Positions 1 to 14,100 of a stretch of DNA of 64,000 nucleotides are shown one piece after another; positions within the stretch are counted from its first letter, which is position 1; every line of letters begins with the position of its first letter. The DNA comes from Rhopilema esculentum (taxonomy: Eukaryota). The stretch covers positions 9,744,265 to 9,808,264 of the forward strand of contig NW_027019299.1 of NCBI RefSeq assembly GCF_013076305.1. Direction: 5' to 3'. A model generated the notes under the pieces. The model was not told the DNA's origin. It made no database searches and was given only the letters and a program-made list of their open reading frames with translations. The position numbers were made by a program, and so were the translations under genes.

Positions 1-1968
1 ACATAACAAAACTGTGCAACTCTTTGAACGATTGCAAGAAGGTGACTCCAAAAAAATTCTGAAATGAATTTTTAGATAATCGAAGGGGCATGATCGCCAA
101 AATTTTTCTGCTCGCTTCGCTCGCAAAGGGCTCCTCTTTCAATTCTGCGGCAAGGCCACTGAAACATCTCGGCGACACTACCCATAGCTAAGCCAGAAAA
201 TTATATCTATATCATTGTAGCCAGGCTTTATGTAACAGCCTTTTTAACAATAGTATAATGATATGACTTTTTCTGCTCTCAAGATATTTGTCAAACAGTT
301 TGAGCCAAATATGAAGTTTAGTTCAAACGAATAAGTATTCCCCAACTTTACAAAAATTAAAGAACAAATTCAGGAATTTCATTGTTCAATACTTGTGATC
401 TTTACAAGATATACATATGCAACATCAGGCATATTTGATTAAATTATATTTAGAGTTGGTAATTTGAATTAGTTGGCTTTATTTAGCTTGAATATAGCAG
501 CAGATTGTACCAACATTGAGAAAAAAGCAATAAGTTTAGAGAAGTTATATCTAAAAGTTATATCAAGCCATGCAGTTGGTCATCAGAATAAAATTGTGTT
601 TTAATGTAAAGCTAGATTGGGTCCAGCCTCTCTTGATGGTTGATGTTGGGGTGAAAGAAATTTTAGAATGACGTTTGACTGTAGTGTTGATTCAAAGTAT
701 TTTCTTATGAGTGGTGCCTTTTATGAGTTTTTATGAGTGTTCATTTGTAACGTTTAGGGTTCGATAGCGAGGATAAGAAAAACGACAAACGTTCCCTTAG
801 AAGCTCAGCGATCAACTAAATCAAATATACTATTCGTGACAATTATGCGTTAGATTCATATGTAGGCGGGACATATAATATGTCTAGTACAGCTTAAAGC
901 AATATAAAAAGTCTGCACGTAACACATTTCCGAGTGTCTTTAGGGCGTAGCAACGCAAAGTTTGTCTAGGGCCTACGCCCCCAGAGCACCCGACCCGGTC
1001 TCCCTTAACAGGGCCTTCACCTACAACCAGGCTTCGCCACTGGCTAAACTACGGTTCACGATCTGTTTTATCAGCAAACTTTGACACCTCAAGGTGCCCT
1101 TTCTGCCAGTCCTGCCCCCGCTGCATCACGAAGCTTCTGGCGCCTCTGGCTTAACGTATCCCAGACTTTCCTTCTGTTTTCATGTAAAGCACTGACTTAG
1201 ATACTTCCTTTTTACAGCTTATTAATACCGCTTCACCAGTAATCTGGCGATCTGCCTGCCCCGCCTGCCCACATCTCGGTAGACTTGGTCTGAAAAGGTT
1301 GGGCTTCTATCCTGTGTACTTGGGCTCCTCTTGCATGGGTCCCTATCTTGGGTGCTGTGGTTCCTCTCCAGGATCTCTCCAAGCTCTTGCGCATCCGCAC
1401 TGTGTTGTTGACCTATGCTTCTTTTAAAGATTCTTTCATGCCATGAAAAAACTGTGATGTTATATATCGCTGTGAAAATAATAATTATTAAGAAATAATC
1501 CCTGCAAGATTTAAATGAGCCATATACCTTGGTTGAGATGAACTAAAAACTTTTGGTACCCCATCAGGATTTGGTGAACAAAATTTGATTACCCCAATTA
1601 AAACAAGGCTAAAAATTTCATTTCCCTCCAAATATCCTTCCACCCTGGTACATAAAATTAAAAATGACAACTCCCTTAATTTTTATACTTTATAGAAGCT
1701 TATTCTTCGCCCAAAAATGGTTTTGAAAAATTTACAATACAAAAAGAAACACCTCGTGAGGGAACTAAGCCTTGACAATAAGCAGAGTACCAAAATCCAT
1801 TCCTCAAACTCAAAGTGTTTGCATTGAGTTTTTGTGACATTCACGACCTGAAATTTAGAATGAAATTTTAAGCTTCTGAGAAGCCAATCCACTGGCAACA
1901 ATGTAATTTATCCTGTCTGATCCATCTCGTTTCCAGAAAGTTTTGGGTATGCTTCCATATCTCTTCGT

Positions 1969-2046
1969 TGATTGGCCCATTCATTTGATTACTGGAATGT
2001 GATTGGCCAAATCATAAAGTCATACAGAAACACCCTTCCGCCAATA
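1969..2046 (+). promoter_or_regulatory. cluster of three CCAAT/ATTGG (NF-Y-type) boxes 75-150 bp upstream of the alpha-catenin ATG; putative core promoter
   Basis: ttgATTGGccca (1971-1975), gtgATTGGccaaat (2002-2006), ccgCCAATatat (2041-2045). ATG at 2120. Confidence 0.4.
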
Positions 2047-2119
2047 TATGATGAGGCGTTTGAACACCTAGCAGTTGTGTTTAGGTTTTTTGTTTGTAAA
2101 CTGCAAACTGTGATGTGAA

Positions 2120-5100
2120 ATGGCTACCACTACTGCGGTGACAGATTTCAAGGTTGAGGCAACCAAAGTAAAATGGGATCCAAAGTCAGTGGAGATCCGA
2201 ACAAGGAGTGTCGAAAAGACGCTAGAGCCTTTAGTTCATCAGGTAAGTGGCCTAGGCCATTTTCTTCGAGAACAAACTAGCGATGTGAAACCAGTTTCTT
2301 ACAATTCCTCAGTTAAAAATTAGGACGTAAATAAAGATTTCCACAATCTTTCTGCAATTGATTTATAACGTTATGGTAAGTCTTTCTCTTGCCAATCCCT
2401 TCTGATTTGTTGTCAAGTATGACTCATGCGCGTGTCCTTGAAAGATAATATTGTTGTTCTGATTCTTTGAAGGATCACTTTTACACTGAGACCCTTCCCA
2501 AAGCTTAAAGTTTGCTCTGTCGATTTTTGCGATTGGAAATTCATATTTTAATTACATCTTCATTATTTTTTCAAAGTAAAGGTATTTTATAGTTCATTAT
2601 TTGGAAGCCGATCGTAACGTTTTATTTCATTGCCCTGAGATTAAATTATCAACATTATTTTTAGACAAATATCACAAATGTTTATTTTTTCGCAATTTGT
2701 TCAGCATATTGAAAGTTTATCGAAAAAGAGCAATGCGCTTAAAACTTCATGTTTTCTCAATCAGAATGACTCATAGTAAAAGATATGTCACCACATCTTC
2801 AGAACTTTACTTGTTTTTGTTGGAAGATTTTATTTTCAGAACATTTAGCCGGAAAAATAAGAATTTTCTTATTTGCTGAGCGTGACCGTGACCGTGAATT
2901 TCGAAAAGCAATGAGTCCCTTTTCTAATAAGGCACTTCATATTTGCATCCAAAAACCAAAATCCTATTGCAAGCATTCCAAACTTTTCTCAGATATTTCT
3001 TTTGTAATTTCTGTCAATATAGTGGTTAATCAAAGGATTTTGTTATTAAATTATTCCATTGACAATTGTTTCTATGCCATATTTGTGTTCCAGTTGCAAG
3101 AGTAATAATGCTCAACCCAGAATCCATTTTTGCTAAATAAGAGGATGATATTCCATAGAAAGATATACAGGAACAAAGCAATATGACGACGAGAATCCAA
3201 TGTCACGAGATAAATTTTTCAAAATAAATTAAATTTAAAGAATATACTAATATTTCCCCCCGGCATACAGGGCTTCATCACTTCATAACAACACACATTG
3301 CAAGATTCACAGAATCCGGCGGACAGCCTATCCTGCAGTTCTTCCTTCTCACACATGATATTTCATAGGATGTCACTAAATTACAAGTTATGATACTTCT
3401 GCTCTTTGAAATATGCCAGTAATTCGCAGACCCAGTAACATCATTCAATGAGATTTTTTCTTCAATGTGTAATTCACTACCAATGAGAAATCAGTCTATC
3501 TTGAAAGAGGCCTATTATAGATTTGCACCTTCATGACCTTGACCCTATTTACCTATACTGCCTACAAATTTGGCAATTGGTTTTTTGCCAATTGCATCTT
3601 CAGTAAAGATGCAGCTTGCATCTTTCAGTTTTTATTGGTAATGGTTTATGGCTTTTAGGATGTAGTTGCATTTCTACAAAAATATGAAATCAGTAAGATG
3701 TTGACTAAAGGTTCAGTGGTTTTGACCAACTGAGATGAGATGAGCTTGTTCTGTGAAAGTGAGATGAGAACCATTGAATTTTTCCAGAGTTACTTCTATC
3801 AATGTTTCTCTTTCCTTATAAGTTTAATTGGTTTTTATAGTGCACATAATTTTGGCACCTTTGATTAATTTAATTCTAGAAACAAGATTTGCTGCTCTAT
3901 GAGGTCCCCTACACTTTGAGGTCCTTAGGCAATTTTCCGCTTTGCCCCATTTTAAAAACCCTGGTTTTGACTCAGTGTGGGTTCTGGGAACATCAGAGAA
4001 TAATATGGATCAATAAGCTTCAAAACCTTTACCTTGGCTCATTCTTACTCGTAGTGAATAAAAGAAGTTAGACTTGTACCTCGCCATCTACTATCTTGTG
4101 TCTTTTTTGTAGCATGAGTTTGAAAGCCATTCTGAGCATTTATTTACAAGGTGCTGGTCTGTGGTGTTTTATTGATGCATGAAATCCTAGCAAAACTAGT
4201 AACTAAGCTTTATGTTATCCTGCAACTGATAGGTTACATCACTGGTAAACCACCAAAGAAAGTCAAAAACAGGAAAATCAAAGAAAGCCACCCAGTTGGC
4301 CAAAGAGATTGATGAAGCCACTGAAAGGCTTGTTATCGTGGGTGAGAGCATTGCAAAAGACTTCCCTGAAATTAAAGAGCCAATGCTAGAAGCATGCAAA
4401 GAAGCAAGATCTGCTGGTAACTTTCATGATTTTTACTTTGCTTTGATTCTGATTTGCTTTGTTTCATGATTTTTACTTTGCTTTGCTATAATCATTGTTC
4501 TTGTCAATGTTTTTGTTTAAAATGATATTTTCAGTATATTTCCTATTAGAAAATACAATAACCTATATCTTTTACCCTCACATAATTTCCATCTTTCTAC
4601 AATTTATTTCTCAAAATCCAACAAAAGTTAATCCTGTCCATATATATACATCAAATTACATATGAGCGATCCTTTATATGATATCTATGTCTTTTATATT
4701 TATTCTTAACTTTATTCTTCATTGTATGTATATATAAACATTTTCCACAACAGATTGAAAGCAGGACTGTAGGAAATTACTTAAAAATTGATGTTGGCTC
4801 CCACTTCAGACTCTGCTTGATGTTTGTTTTAATTTTGTCATTGATTTTGTTACTGTTTATTTATTTGCAATCTAAAGGAGATACAATGAGGGCAGCCTCA
4901 AATGATTTTGCTGCTGATCCATGTTCATCTGGAAAAAGAAGTGTAATGATAAGAGCTGCCAGAGCACTTCTTGCAGCAGTCACAAGGTTGCTATGTGTTG
5001 CAGACATGGCTGATATTTACAGGCTTCTTGCCACTTTGAAAATGGTGAGATCATCTTTCAGGCATTTGTATAACTTTTCAAGTAACAACATAAATGTAAG

Positions 5101-8100
5101 AGCTTGATTGTGAACTTATGACCTGCCATTTTAAGATGTTTTTACAGTAAGTCACACTTTCAAAAGATGTTTGCATGTCCTTCTTTTGCAGTTTTTTACC
5201 TTTGGTTTGTTATTTGCCTTTTTTATAAGATATATATCGTTAAACTGAATCAGTTATTTAGCAAAATTAAGCCTTCTAGTTTAAGTAGACCTTCTAGTTC
5301 AGATAAAATTTTTCAAAATATTTCTGCTGAACCTTATAGTGAAGTATAATTTGAGGCATTTACATGGCCAGGTTGAAAAAAGATTGAAAGAGCTTGATGG
5401 TGCAGAAAATACAGATGAGTTGTTGAAAAGCTTCAAGAATTATGGAGATGATTTGATGAAACTTGCAAAATTGTCTGGAATTAGACAAGCTGTATGTATA
5501 TCATCTTAGCTAGTTTTCAGATCTATTTTCCTTTTGTTCGGTTTTTTGGGTTCTTTTTATATTGAAGTTTTTCATCCCCATAAAAAAGCAGAAGCTGAGT
5601 GTTGTACTGACTTAATGTGAAATACTTGATTAATTCTGAAAATCTATGGAAATTGTCAGAAGTCTCAATTATCAATTTTATGTTATTTGCTGTATAGAAC
5701 AGGATGTTTCTATGTTGCTACTTTGAGTATCACACCTAATGTTGCATCAAGTGTGAAACTAGGAGTAGCAACTTGAAACCGCCCTGTTCTATACACCAAA
5801 ATGCTTGTACAGCTCTGCCGACAGCTTTGAACACTTTTTGACAGATCAGTAAACAGTAATTTTTATTATTATTTATTTTATACCAGGGATGATCCTTTTG
5901 CTACTTAGTTCAAATTTATAATCATTTATAAATGCTCTATATGTATAAATAGTATATTAGCAATTATTATATACAGGATTTGAAAGATCCAAGAAAGAAA
6001 GATGAAATGGCTGCTGCCAGAGCAACTTTGAAGAAGTCAAGCCGAATGTTACTCACCACATCAAAGGTTTTGACATTATGAATTTTATGCTGTGTCTTAA
6101 ACTAAGAAAAATGAAAATTTTATTTTATCCTGCCAAGTTCACCTATTCCGATGAAGAAGGGCCTTTTTTCCTTTGAGAATCAGACAGTTAATTTCTAAGT
6201 TTTATCTAGAAAAGCTCTTTTTGGCCAAATGATGTGCAACTGAATTCAGAAATATTTTTCAGCCCTATCTTGGTAACATTTCAAGTGACAATTGCACATC
6301 TCAAGGAATTACTTAAAAACATAAGCAACACCCACAGCCAACCTGATTTGTCTTGCCTCAGCACTTACCTTAGTCTCACACATCTTTGCACCTTTCTTTG
6401 CAATACATCGCTATCAAGAAATCTACCACCATATTATTTATATGTACATTCCAACAGGCATTTGTTCGACATCCAGAGGTGGCATCGGCAAAACACAACC
6501 GTGATTTTGTCATGAAGCAGATCAGTGATGCTGTAAAGGCAATATCAGGAGTTGCTCAAGCTGTAGGTGAAAGTACACCATCACCTTTTGAACAAGCTGG
6601 TGCCTTGGCTAAAGCCCTTACAGACTTGCTGGTAAGTCTAGTCGAAAGAGTCCCTTGACTTAATTCATCGTATTGTACTTTTTTTATATGTAGGTAAATT
6701 TAAGCCTGAATCGCTGGAAAATTCGAATGAGAACTACTACTGGCTAATATTTGAGTATTTGTTGCTGTTGCGCTGAAAAGTTGATGAAAGTAACAAAAAA
6801 GGAACATATAGAGAATATGGGAAGACTTTTTCTTCAGTTGTGACATTGGCACCTAAGTTGGAAAATAATTCTGAAGATTGAGCATGTTTTCTTTTAGGTT
6901 TTTTGTAATGGTACATATGGAGTACTTAGATGTATTTATTTTCAGCTTTGGGTAATTAATTGGGGTTTATCACAAAGAAGCGTATGTTGGATTTTTGGGG
7001 TTTCATAAAATATTTACTAAAATAGATTTAAAGAGACCACTGAGCAATATAAAAATTGTTTTTGTATTACTGTGACATGGAAATTTACCGTTTGAAGCAT
7101 TGCGTCAGAAGAAAAAAATTGGCTACCTTTTCCGTCATAAAAGAAATTCACAAGTACAGAATCATCTTGTTAGAAATCGATTTGTGGGCCTTTGACCTAC
7201 TGATGGCAACATCGAGTACTGGCATATCAAATTTAGTTATGAGATTCCGATTGAAATCACTTTCAACGAAATAAATTAAACAATAACAATGTCTTTGCTA
7301 TAACCCAATCAGAGAGTTCTATTGTGAAGGGGGTGTCCATCAGGGCGTGTAAGCATTCCCAACCGTGCTTTTGTCTCTCTAGCCGCTGTCTTTAATTACT
7401 AGAAATACAGTTAAGCCACGACAAACCTGTTGCAGTGAACGTTTCTTGACGTTTCATAGCTACTATCTTAACAAGAGCTAAAACAAAAGGACGTTTTGAT
7501 GTGCAGGCGCTGCTATAAATGTCATTAAAAATATTTAAGTACTGTTTTGTAGCCTCCAATTTTCTTCCATTAGGCAATGATTAACAGAAAGCCGGCTGAT
7601 TTCAAAGAAAAGACAACACGCGTGGAGCTAGAGAAACAATTGGATGAACTTCTGGCTGCCGCAGCCCGATTGGCAGACTCTTCTTGCACACGTGACAATA
7701 CACGTGACAGGTTGATTGCTGAGTGCAACAATGTCAAACAAGCTCTACAGAATCTCATGGACGAGTATATGAAACATGTCAGTTCTTATCAAATTTTTCA
7801 TATTACTAATCTGTTGCCAATAGGATAAAAAGTTTTCAAGTAAAATTATAGGCAAACTTTTAAAATTCTAGAGAGGATTTTTTTATATTCATTGTATTAT
7901 CATTTTGGAAAAGGACATCTTATTCACAGGAACAACTAAGTATGCATAATGCAAGGCTTTCTTTTGCCTTACACGAATATTGTAAGTTCGAGGTAGGAAA
8001 AAAGAGAACAAAACAAGTACAAGAAGAAATAATGCAAGACTAGTCATAAATTCAATGAAATTTGTATTTTATGTAATGTAATGAAACTTGTTTTGATCGA

Positions 8101-11100
8101 AAATATTTCGATTCAAATTTTTTGTTGTTCTTAAACAGGCCAAAGGAAAGCCCAATGACGTACCAGGTGCAAAAAATCAGTTGGAAAAGAAGGCAAGGGT
8201 TCTTGGAAAACAGGTTAGAGGAAGATTTCCATTTTTGATCTCGTGTGAATCTTTTAGCGAAAACACCTTTCTTTATTTTAACATGAGTGCAGCGAATCAG
8301 TTATTTCAAAGTTTACTACAATGTAAATTTTAAGCTCTGCTAAATATTGTTTGCTTGCGCGAAGAAAACCTCTGTCAATTTACATTTATTTGTGTATTTG
8401 TTGATAATATCTGGACTCGTTCATTCAAGGACCATGTAGCATATTAGGAACTTAGGGGCTGAATCTTGATTTTGGGGGGCTAATCTTGCTAAAACCAAGG
8501 CAAAAGCGATTTTCAAAATTATTTGGGGGGGGGCTACTCAGCCCCTAATTTCCGTGATTCCTGTGCCTAACACCATATTGTCAACATCATGATTGTAATA
8601 TGGGACGTAAGCTGAATAGATTATGACATAACTAGCAAAAATGCTTTGTGAGGGTCTGCTATTTCTTCGTCTTTCCATGCCATTTGCAAGAGACAGCCTG
8701 TTGAAAAAATTGCCACTCGTACTGCTTATCTGCTGTTTGATATGTAGTGTGTATACATAAGGAAATATGTAGCAAGTCTCTGGTTTATTTAGATCATATA
8801 AGTTTTTGCGAAAAAAAGGAACCTTGCAAGTTACTTGTAGAATGTACAACTTCACCATATTTTCTTTAAAAAAGAATTGAATATGTTCTTAACATCTCTT
8901 TAACTAGTTTTCAATATTTCTTAGCTGCGGAAAGCGATTATAGATCATGTGTCAGACTCGTTCTTGGAAACCAATGTTCCATTGATGCTTTTGATCGAGG
9001 CTGCCGAAGCTGGAAATGAAAAAGAGGTTAATGAATGTGCTGTTGTCTTCACTGAACATGCTGCCAAGCTTGAGGAGGTAAATATTACATGTTTTTCTTG
9101 TTTAGTATCGCGTGTTTAGCAATCTGATTCTATTTCCAAAAGATGTAATGTATTTCTCGATGGTACAGCAGCTGATGATTGAATTTTTCTGATATTCTAT
9201 AACTTTTTCGCATTGTACAGGTGGCCAATCTTGCTTGCTCAATGTCGGATAATGTTGAAGGTGTAAAGATGGTGCGCATTGCTGCCAATCAGCTTCACTC
9301 ATTGTGTCCACAGGTAAGCCACGGATCTTAAGTTTTGGGTGCCAGGGACAAAGCCCCTCTCTTGCTTATGGCTATCAGTTGCTTAATTACTAGATAATAC
9401 TGTTTGTAAAGTAAGAGCGCAAGATGCTTTAGTAAGTAAGATCTACAAGGATTCCATAAATATACTAAAATGCGTGCGGTACAATATGATGAATTTAAAT
9501 AACGATCAATGTAAGTAAATTGTACCAGGAAAATTTTTTTTGAAATAATTAACGACATTTCGAGCAAACCCGTTATCAAGTGAGTTAGAAAAGCGACTAT
9601 AGAACTAAAAAATGTTACGGGCTATGCTCGAAACGTCGTTAATTATTTTAAAAAAATTTTTCCTGGTACAATTTACTTACATTGATCGTTTTTTAAGATC
9701 TACAAGGTTCTCTATGACAGTGTTTGGCACTTTTTAAGGGTTAAGAATGAATTTTCTTAAGCAATAAATAGATTTCCCTTTCACGTAATCCATTATGTTA
9801 TGTACCAAAGGTTTCGATCCTCCTCACAGTTTCTGCCTTTAATGATATTGATACACGGAATAAAAATGACGTCATGATTGTTTACAATTCACCAGGTAAT
9901 AAACGCCGCCCGCACGCTAGCAGCTAGGCCTAGAAGTAAAGTTGCTAAGGAAAACATGGATGTGTTCAGAGATGCTTGGATCAATCAAGTGAAAGTGCTT
10001 ACTGAAGCTGTTGATGACATTACAACAATAGACGATTTCCTCGCCGTCTCAGGTAATCTGAAGTTGCTTGGATTTTTCTTTAAAGCTTTTTGGACAGGCC
10101 GACGCACGGTCGTAGTGTCTCAGCCAAAAAAATCATTTAATAAGGAAATGTACGATTGAATCACGTTAAGTCGTACCCCGGATAAGTCGAAATTTAAATA
10201 AATCGGACAGACTTTCAGTTCCCATTAGATTTTCCTACCCTATTCTTGTCAAAAGTCGTACCCCGGATTAGTCAGACCTTTGCTAGGTCAGACCATTTCC
10301 TTAACCCCTTGAAAGTCTGACTTAACAAGATTCGACTGTATTTGTGACGTGAACAAACTGTGAGACAATAACAATTCTTACAATTTTCCTGTTCACAAAT
10401 TTTCAGCATGTTGTCTACACGCAGCTGTCGTCCTAATACCCAGTTTTTGTTATTTCTTCCATGAACTATCATTTTTTCAGAGGCTCACATCCTTGAGGAC
10501 GTGAATAAATGCATTGAGGCTTTGCAGCAAGGAGATCCAGAGACCCTCGACAGAACGGCAGGCGCCGTACGGGGACGCGTTGCTCGTGTTGACAACGTCG
10601 TTTCTGCGGAAATGGAGAACTATGAAGCTGGGCCGTACACGGAAACCGTCCAAAGAGCTGTTCACATAATGAGGGAAAGCAGTAAGTATTGCTAGAGAAC
10701 ATGGTACTTGCACGAAGTTTCTTACGTTCGAACAATTACATATGCTACAAAGTTTCCTGGAAGCCAGACTCATTGGTCATTCGCATCTTTTTTGTTGGAT
10801 TCCGTCACTCATGGTCGATCATAGACATTCGTTCGACATCGATAGTAGGTCTTTAATTTAAAGCGCGAATATACCATCTCAATATCACCATATCTTAAAT
10901 TTTGTTCACAAAGTTTGTTCCATAGCGTACGCAAAATAACAACAAATTAATCCTTTTAGTTATGCCGCAGTTTGCTGAATATGTTGACACTGCAGTTGAT
11001 GCACTTAACCAAGACCCAAATGCTGAATTTGATGAAAATGCTTTCATTGACGCATCAAGACTGGTAAAAGACTTTCTTGATATATATTTAATTCAGCACT

Positions 11101-14100
11101 TGTTTTGTGTGTGTTCCTTATTCATTAAATGAGGAAGTTTCAGTTTCCAAAAAGACTTGTAATTGACCCACAGTTTTCTTAAAGTCATTAGTCGAATATA
11201 TTAAACTGAACCGCTATACTAATGATGGAGCTTTTCCTTGTGGTATATATTTTCTAAGAATGATAGTATACAATAACATTCTATCTATATTATATGCAAG
11301 AGAAATATTTCCTTATATTGTTTGTAGCCTTCACAGTTGCTCTTTCAACACCCATTATCTTTAACCGCCCCCTCCCTCCTTACGACTCCCTTTTGGAGTG
11401 ATAAAACTCCATTAACGTCATCAGCTTTAAATAGAAAATTTAGCATATTCTCTTTTGGTTGCTGTAGTTAAACAGTATCTTTATTATGATTACGGTAACA
11501 TAATATCTTTCTCTATTCATTTCCATCCCAGGGCCCAAGCCGCGAACTTGAAAGTGGGGGGGGGGGCAAGGCTTATGAAAGTGGAGGCCAAGACTAGCAA
11601 AAGTGAAGACCAAGGCTTCTTTCACCTTTGTTTATAGCTTTGAAATTACCTGCTTTTTAAAAAGGCGGGGGGCCATGGCCACCCCGGCCTTCCTGTGGGT
11701 GGGCCCTACATCCATAGGAAGTTAAATCTCCAGCTATAATATTGAGTTTTGTGTCCAGTTGTCAAGTATTTGTTCTCTTTACTCTCTTTTCCCTCTAGAT
11801 ATACGAAGGCATTAGAGACATACGACGTGCTGTTATGATGAAAAAGGTAGCAGTTATGTTTCTTATCCACATAATCGCAATCATATACTGATGCTGTCAA
11901 ACGTTCTTCGATTGGTATCCTTCTAAGTCTTTGTTCAACACTTCTTAATTGGTGTGGTATTTAAACGGATACTGTCACCTTTGTCTATAGTTTACGGAGT
12001 CATGCATTATCAGGTTTGAAGTTTGATGAGGGAAACAGATAAATGCACGAGTCATTTGCTAGTCTTATTATCCGGATCTTGCAATTTTGAAATATCCAAT
12101 AGCAATTTTCTTTGCTTTACATTCATCTGTTTATAAGTTTGACTCTATAATTAATTTTGACACTATAGTTCCTCAGTTAGTGATTTTCCAAAGACCAGGC
12201 CCTCATGATTTCATCACAAACAGCATACATTAACTCTCTGTATGTTTCACTTCCTTTAGCTTTATCATGTAGCTTTTTTAAGCTCTTTTTTGCATTTCTT
12301 TCAACAAACAGAAACCAGGGGACGAAGACTTTGATGAAGAAGAAGAAATGGAGGAACAAGGAACACTTCTGACGTCACTTGCTGATGCTCAAACCAGACA
12401 GAGGGAAAAGGCTGCCTATGAGCAATTGAAAGCTGGAGGTAAGAGCCACTGGTGGCATTTTATGACGGGCGATGATAGTTTTTTTACAGTGGGATGACAC
12501 TTGTGCAGCGTACGCTAGAAAGAATTACTAAAATGGATAGCAACTATAACACAACTCAACATTAATCTAGGTCCAGTATGTTATGTCAAGTAATCTTTGT
12601 TGCGGTTTGGTCCAAAATTGATATTTTCAATAATTAGGATTTGGCTCAATCTATTAAAGTTGCCTAGGCCTTTAGGCTCTTAGATTTGCGGATTTACCAG
12701 CAACATGAATTTTGGAGCGAGACTGTGTGGAAACAAGAAGGAATTATAAATGTGTATCAACAATCTAGGCTTTAAGGAAAGCTTGAATAATCTTCACATT
12801 TTCGAATTCTTTTTCATATTTACGTATTTTTGCCATAGGTAAAGTGCAGTTTGAGATTCACAGCGAGGGTGGTGATGACCCTGGCGTAAAAGGAGAGGCC
12901 TCCATTATCGTCAACGGAATAGAATGTTGTCCAAAGCGCAAAGGCCACAACATTGTTGTCCTTGATGAAATTGGAAATGTTGTTGCAACAAGGTCTTTCA
13001 ATACAGTTGAGGCTGCGGAGGGAATGTCCATGGCTAAGTTCTTGGAAGACATTCCTGAGGAGCACATTGCTCTCATTGCAGTTCAGGATACTACAGGTTT
13101 GGGCTTGAGATAAACGCTACTGATTATTCAAGATTCATTTTAAGAGTCACTTTGAGAGACTCTTATTGAACATAAATTTGATACTGTATGTTTTGTGATG
13201 TAAATCGTACTTGATTTGTTATGCGTGCATTTATGTTGACTCGGCATCTGTCATTCGACCTTTGCTAATGCTTTATCTCATTGAAGTGAACAAACTGCAT
13301 AGTTCTTAAGTTGAGTTTATTAATTCATCTCTAGGGAAAGGAGTGGAAAAGGCGGAAGCAGCCTTGAAGAAACTTGGTGCTGTTGAACCAATGGATCCAG
13401 GTTTCAAAGGATCATGGGCCTTTGCTGGATTCAAAGGAGCTCACCATACTAAAAACTGGGTAACACAGGTTACCAGACCTCGTTACCACGGACCAGCAAT
13501 GGTTGCTGATATGATAAACACACCTGCGGCTGATCAAGGTACAAAGGATAACCATATGAATGATTTTTGAAACTGCAATTGAACTCGCTCTTTGTGTATT
13601 TTCAGTTCATCTGAATGTAGCAAATTAGGTGATTAATTGTCTCGTTGTTGGTGTGTTAGGCCGACGGAATTTTTTAGACGAGGTTTATTGTGATAACGAG
13701 ACTACGTTGGGATGTTGACTTCTTGTTAAAAGTCCCTAGATGACATGGCAAAATTGACACACACGCATAGGTCTGCAACAGAATAGTGCAAAATGTTTGA
13801 CAACCATGACTGTGTATGGATTGCTTAATAAAAGCTCGTACCTAGGATTAAAGAGATCATTTTTCTATCGAAAAGGACCCAGTGCGTGAATTTGTTTTTG
13901 TAACGATGATTAACTGATGTGTCTGAAATATGCTGAAATATACCTGCCTGTTAAATTTCCCTTTCGTATTGAATTTGTTTTGCTTCGTGATTTCACACGC
14001 TGAATGCAATATACCACTTTTTCGTTGTATTTAACACCCTTTCTCCAAAATATAGGCAAAATAAAAGTGGAGATTTCGTCAGAGGGCCTAGACGACCCCG

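Noticed and set aside
12820-13076. Minus-strand ORFs (81 and 72 aa) overlapping the first ILEI exon
   Set aside because: Antisense shadow ORFs of a real coding exon.
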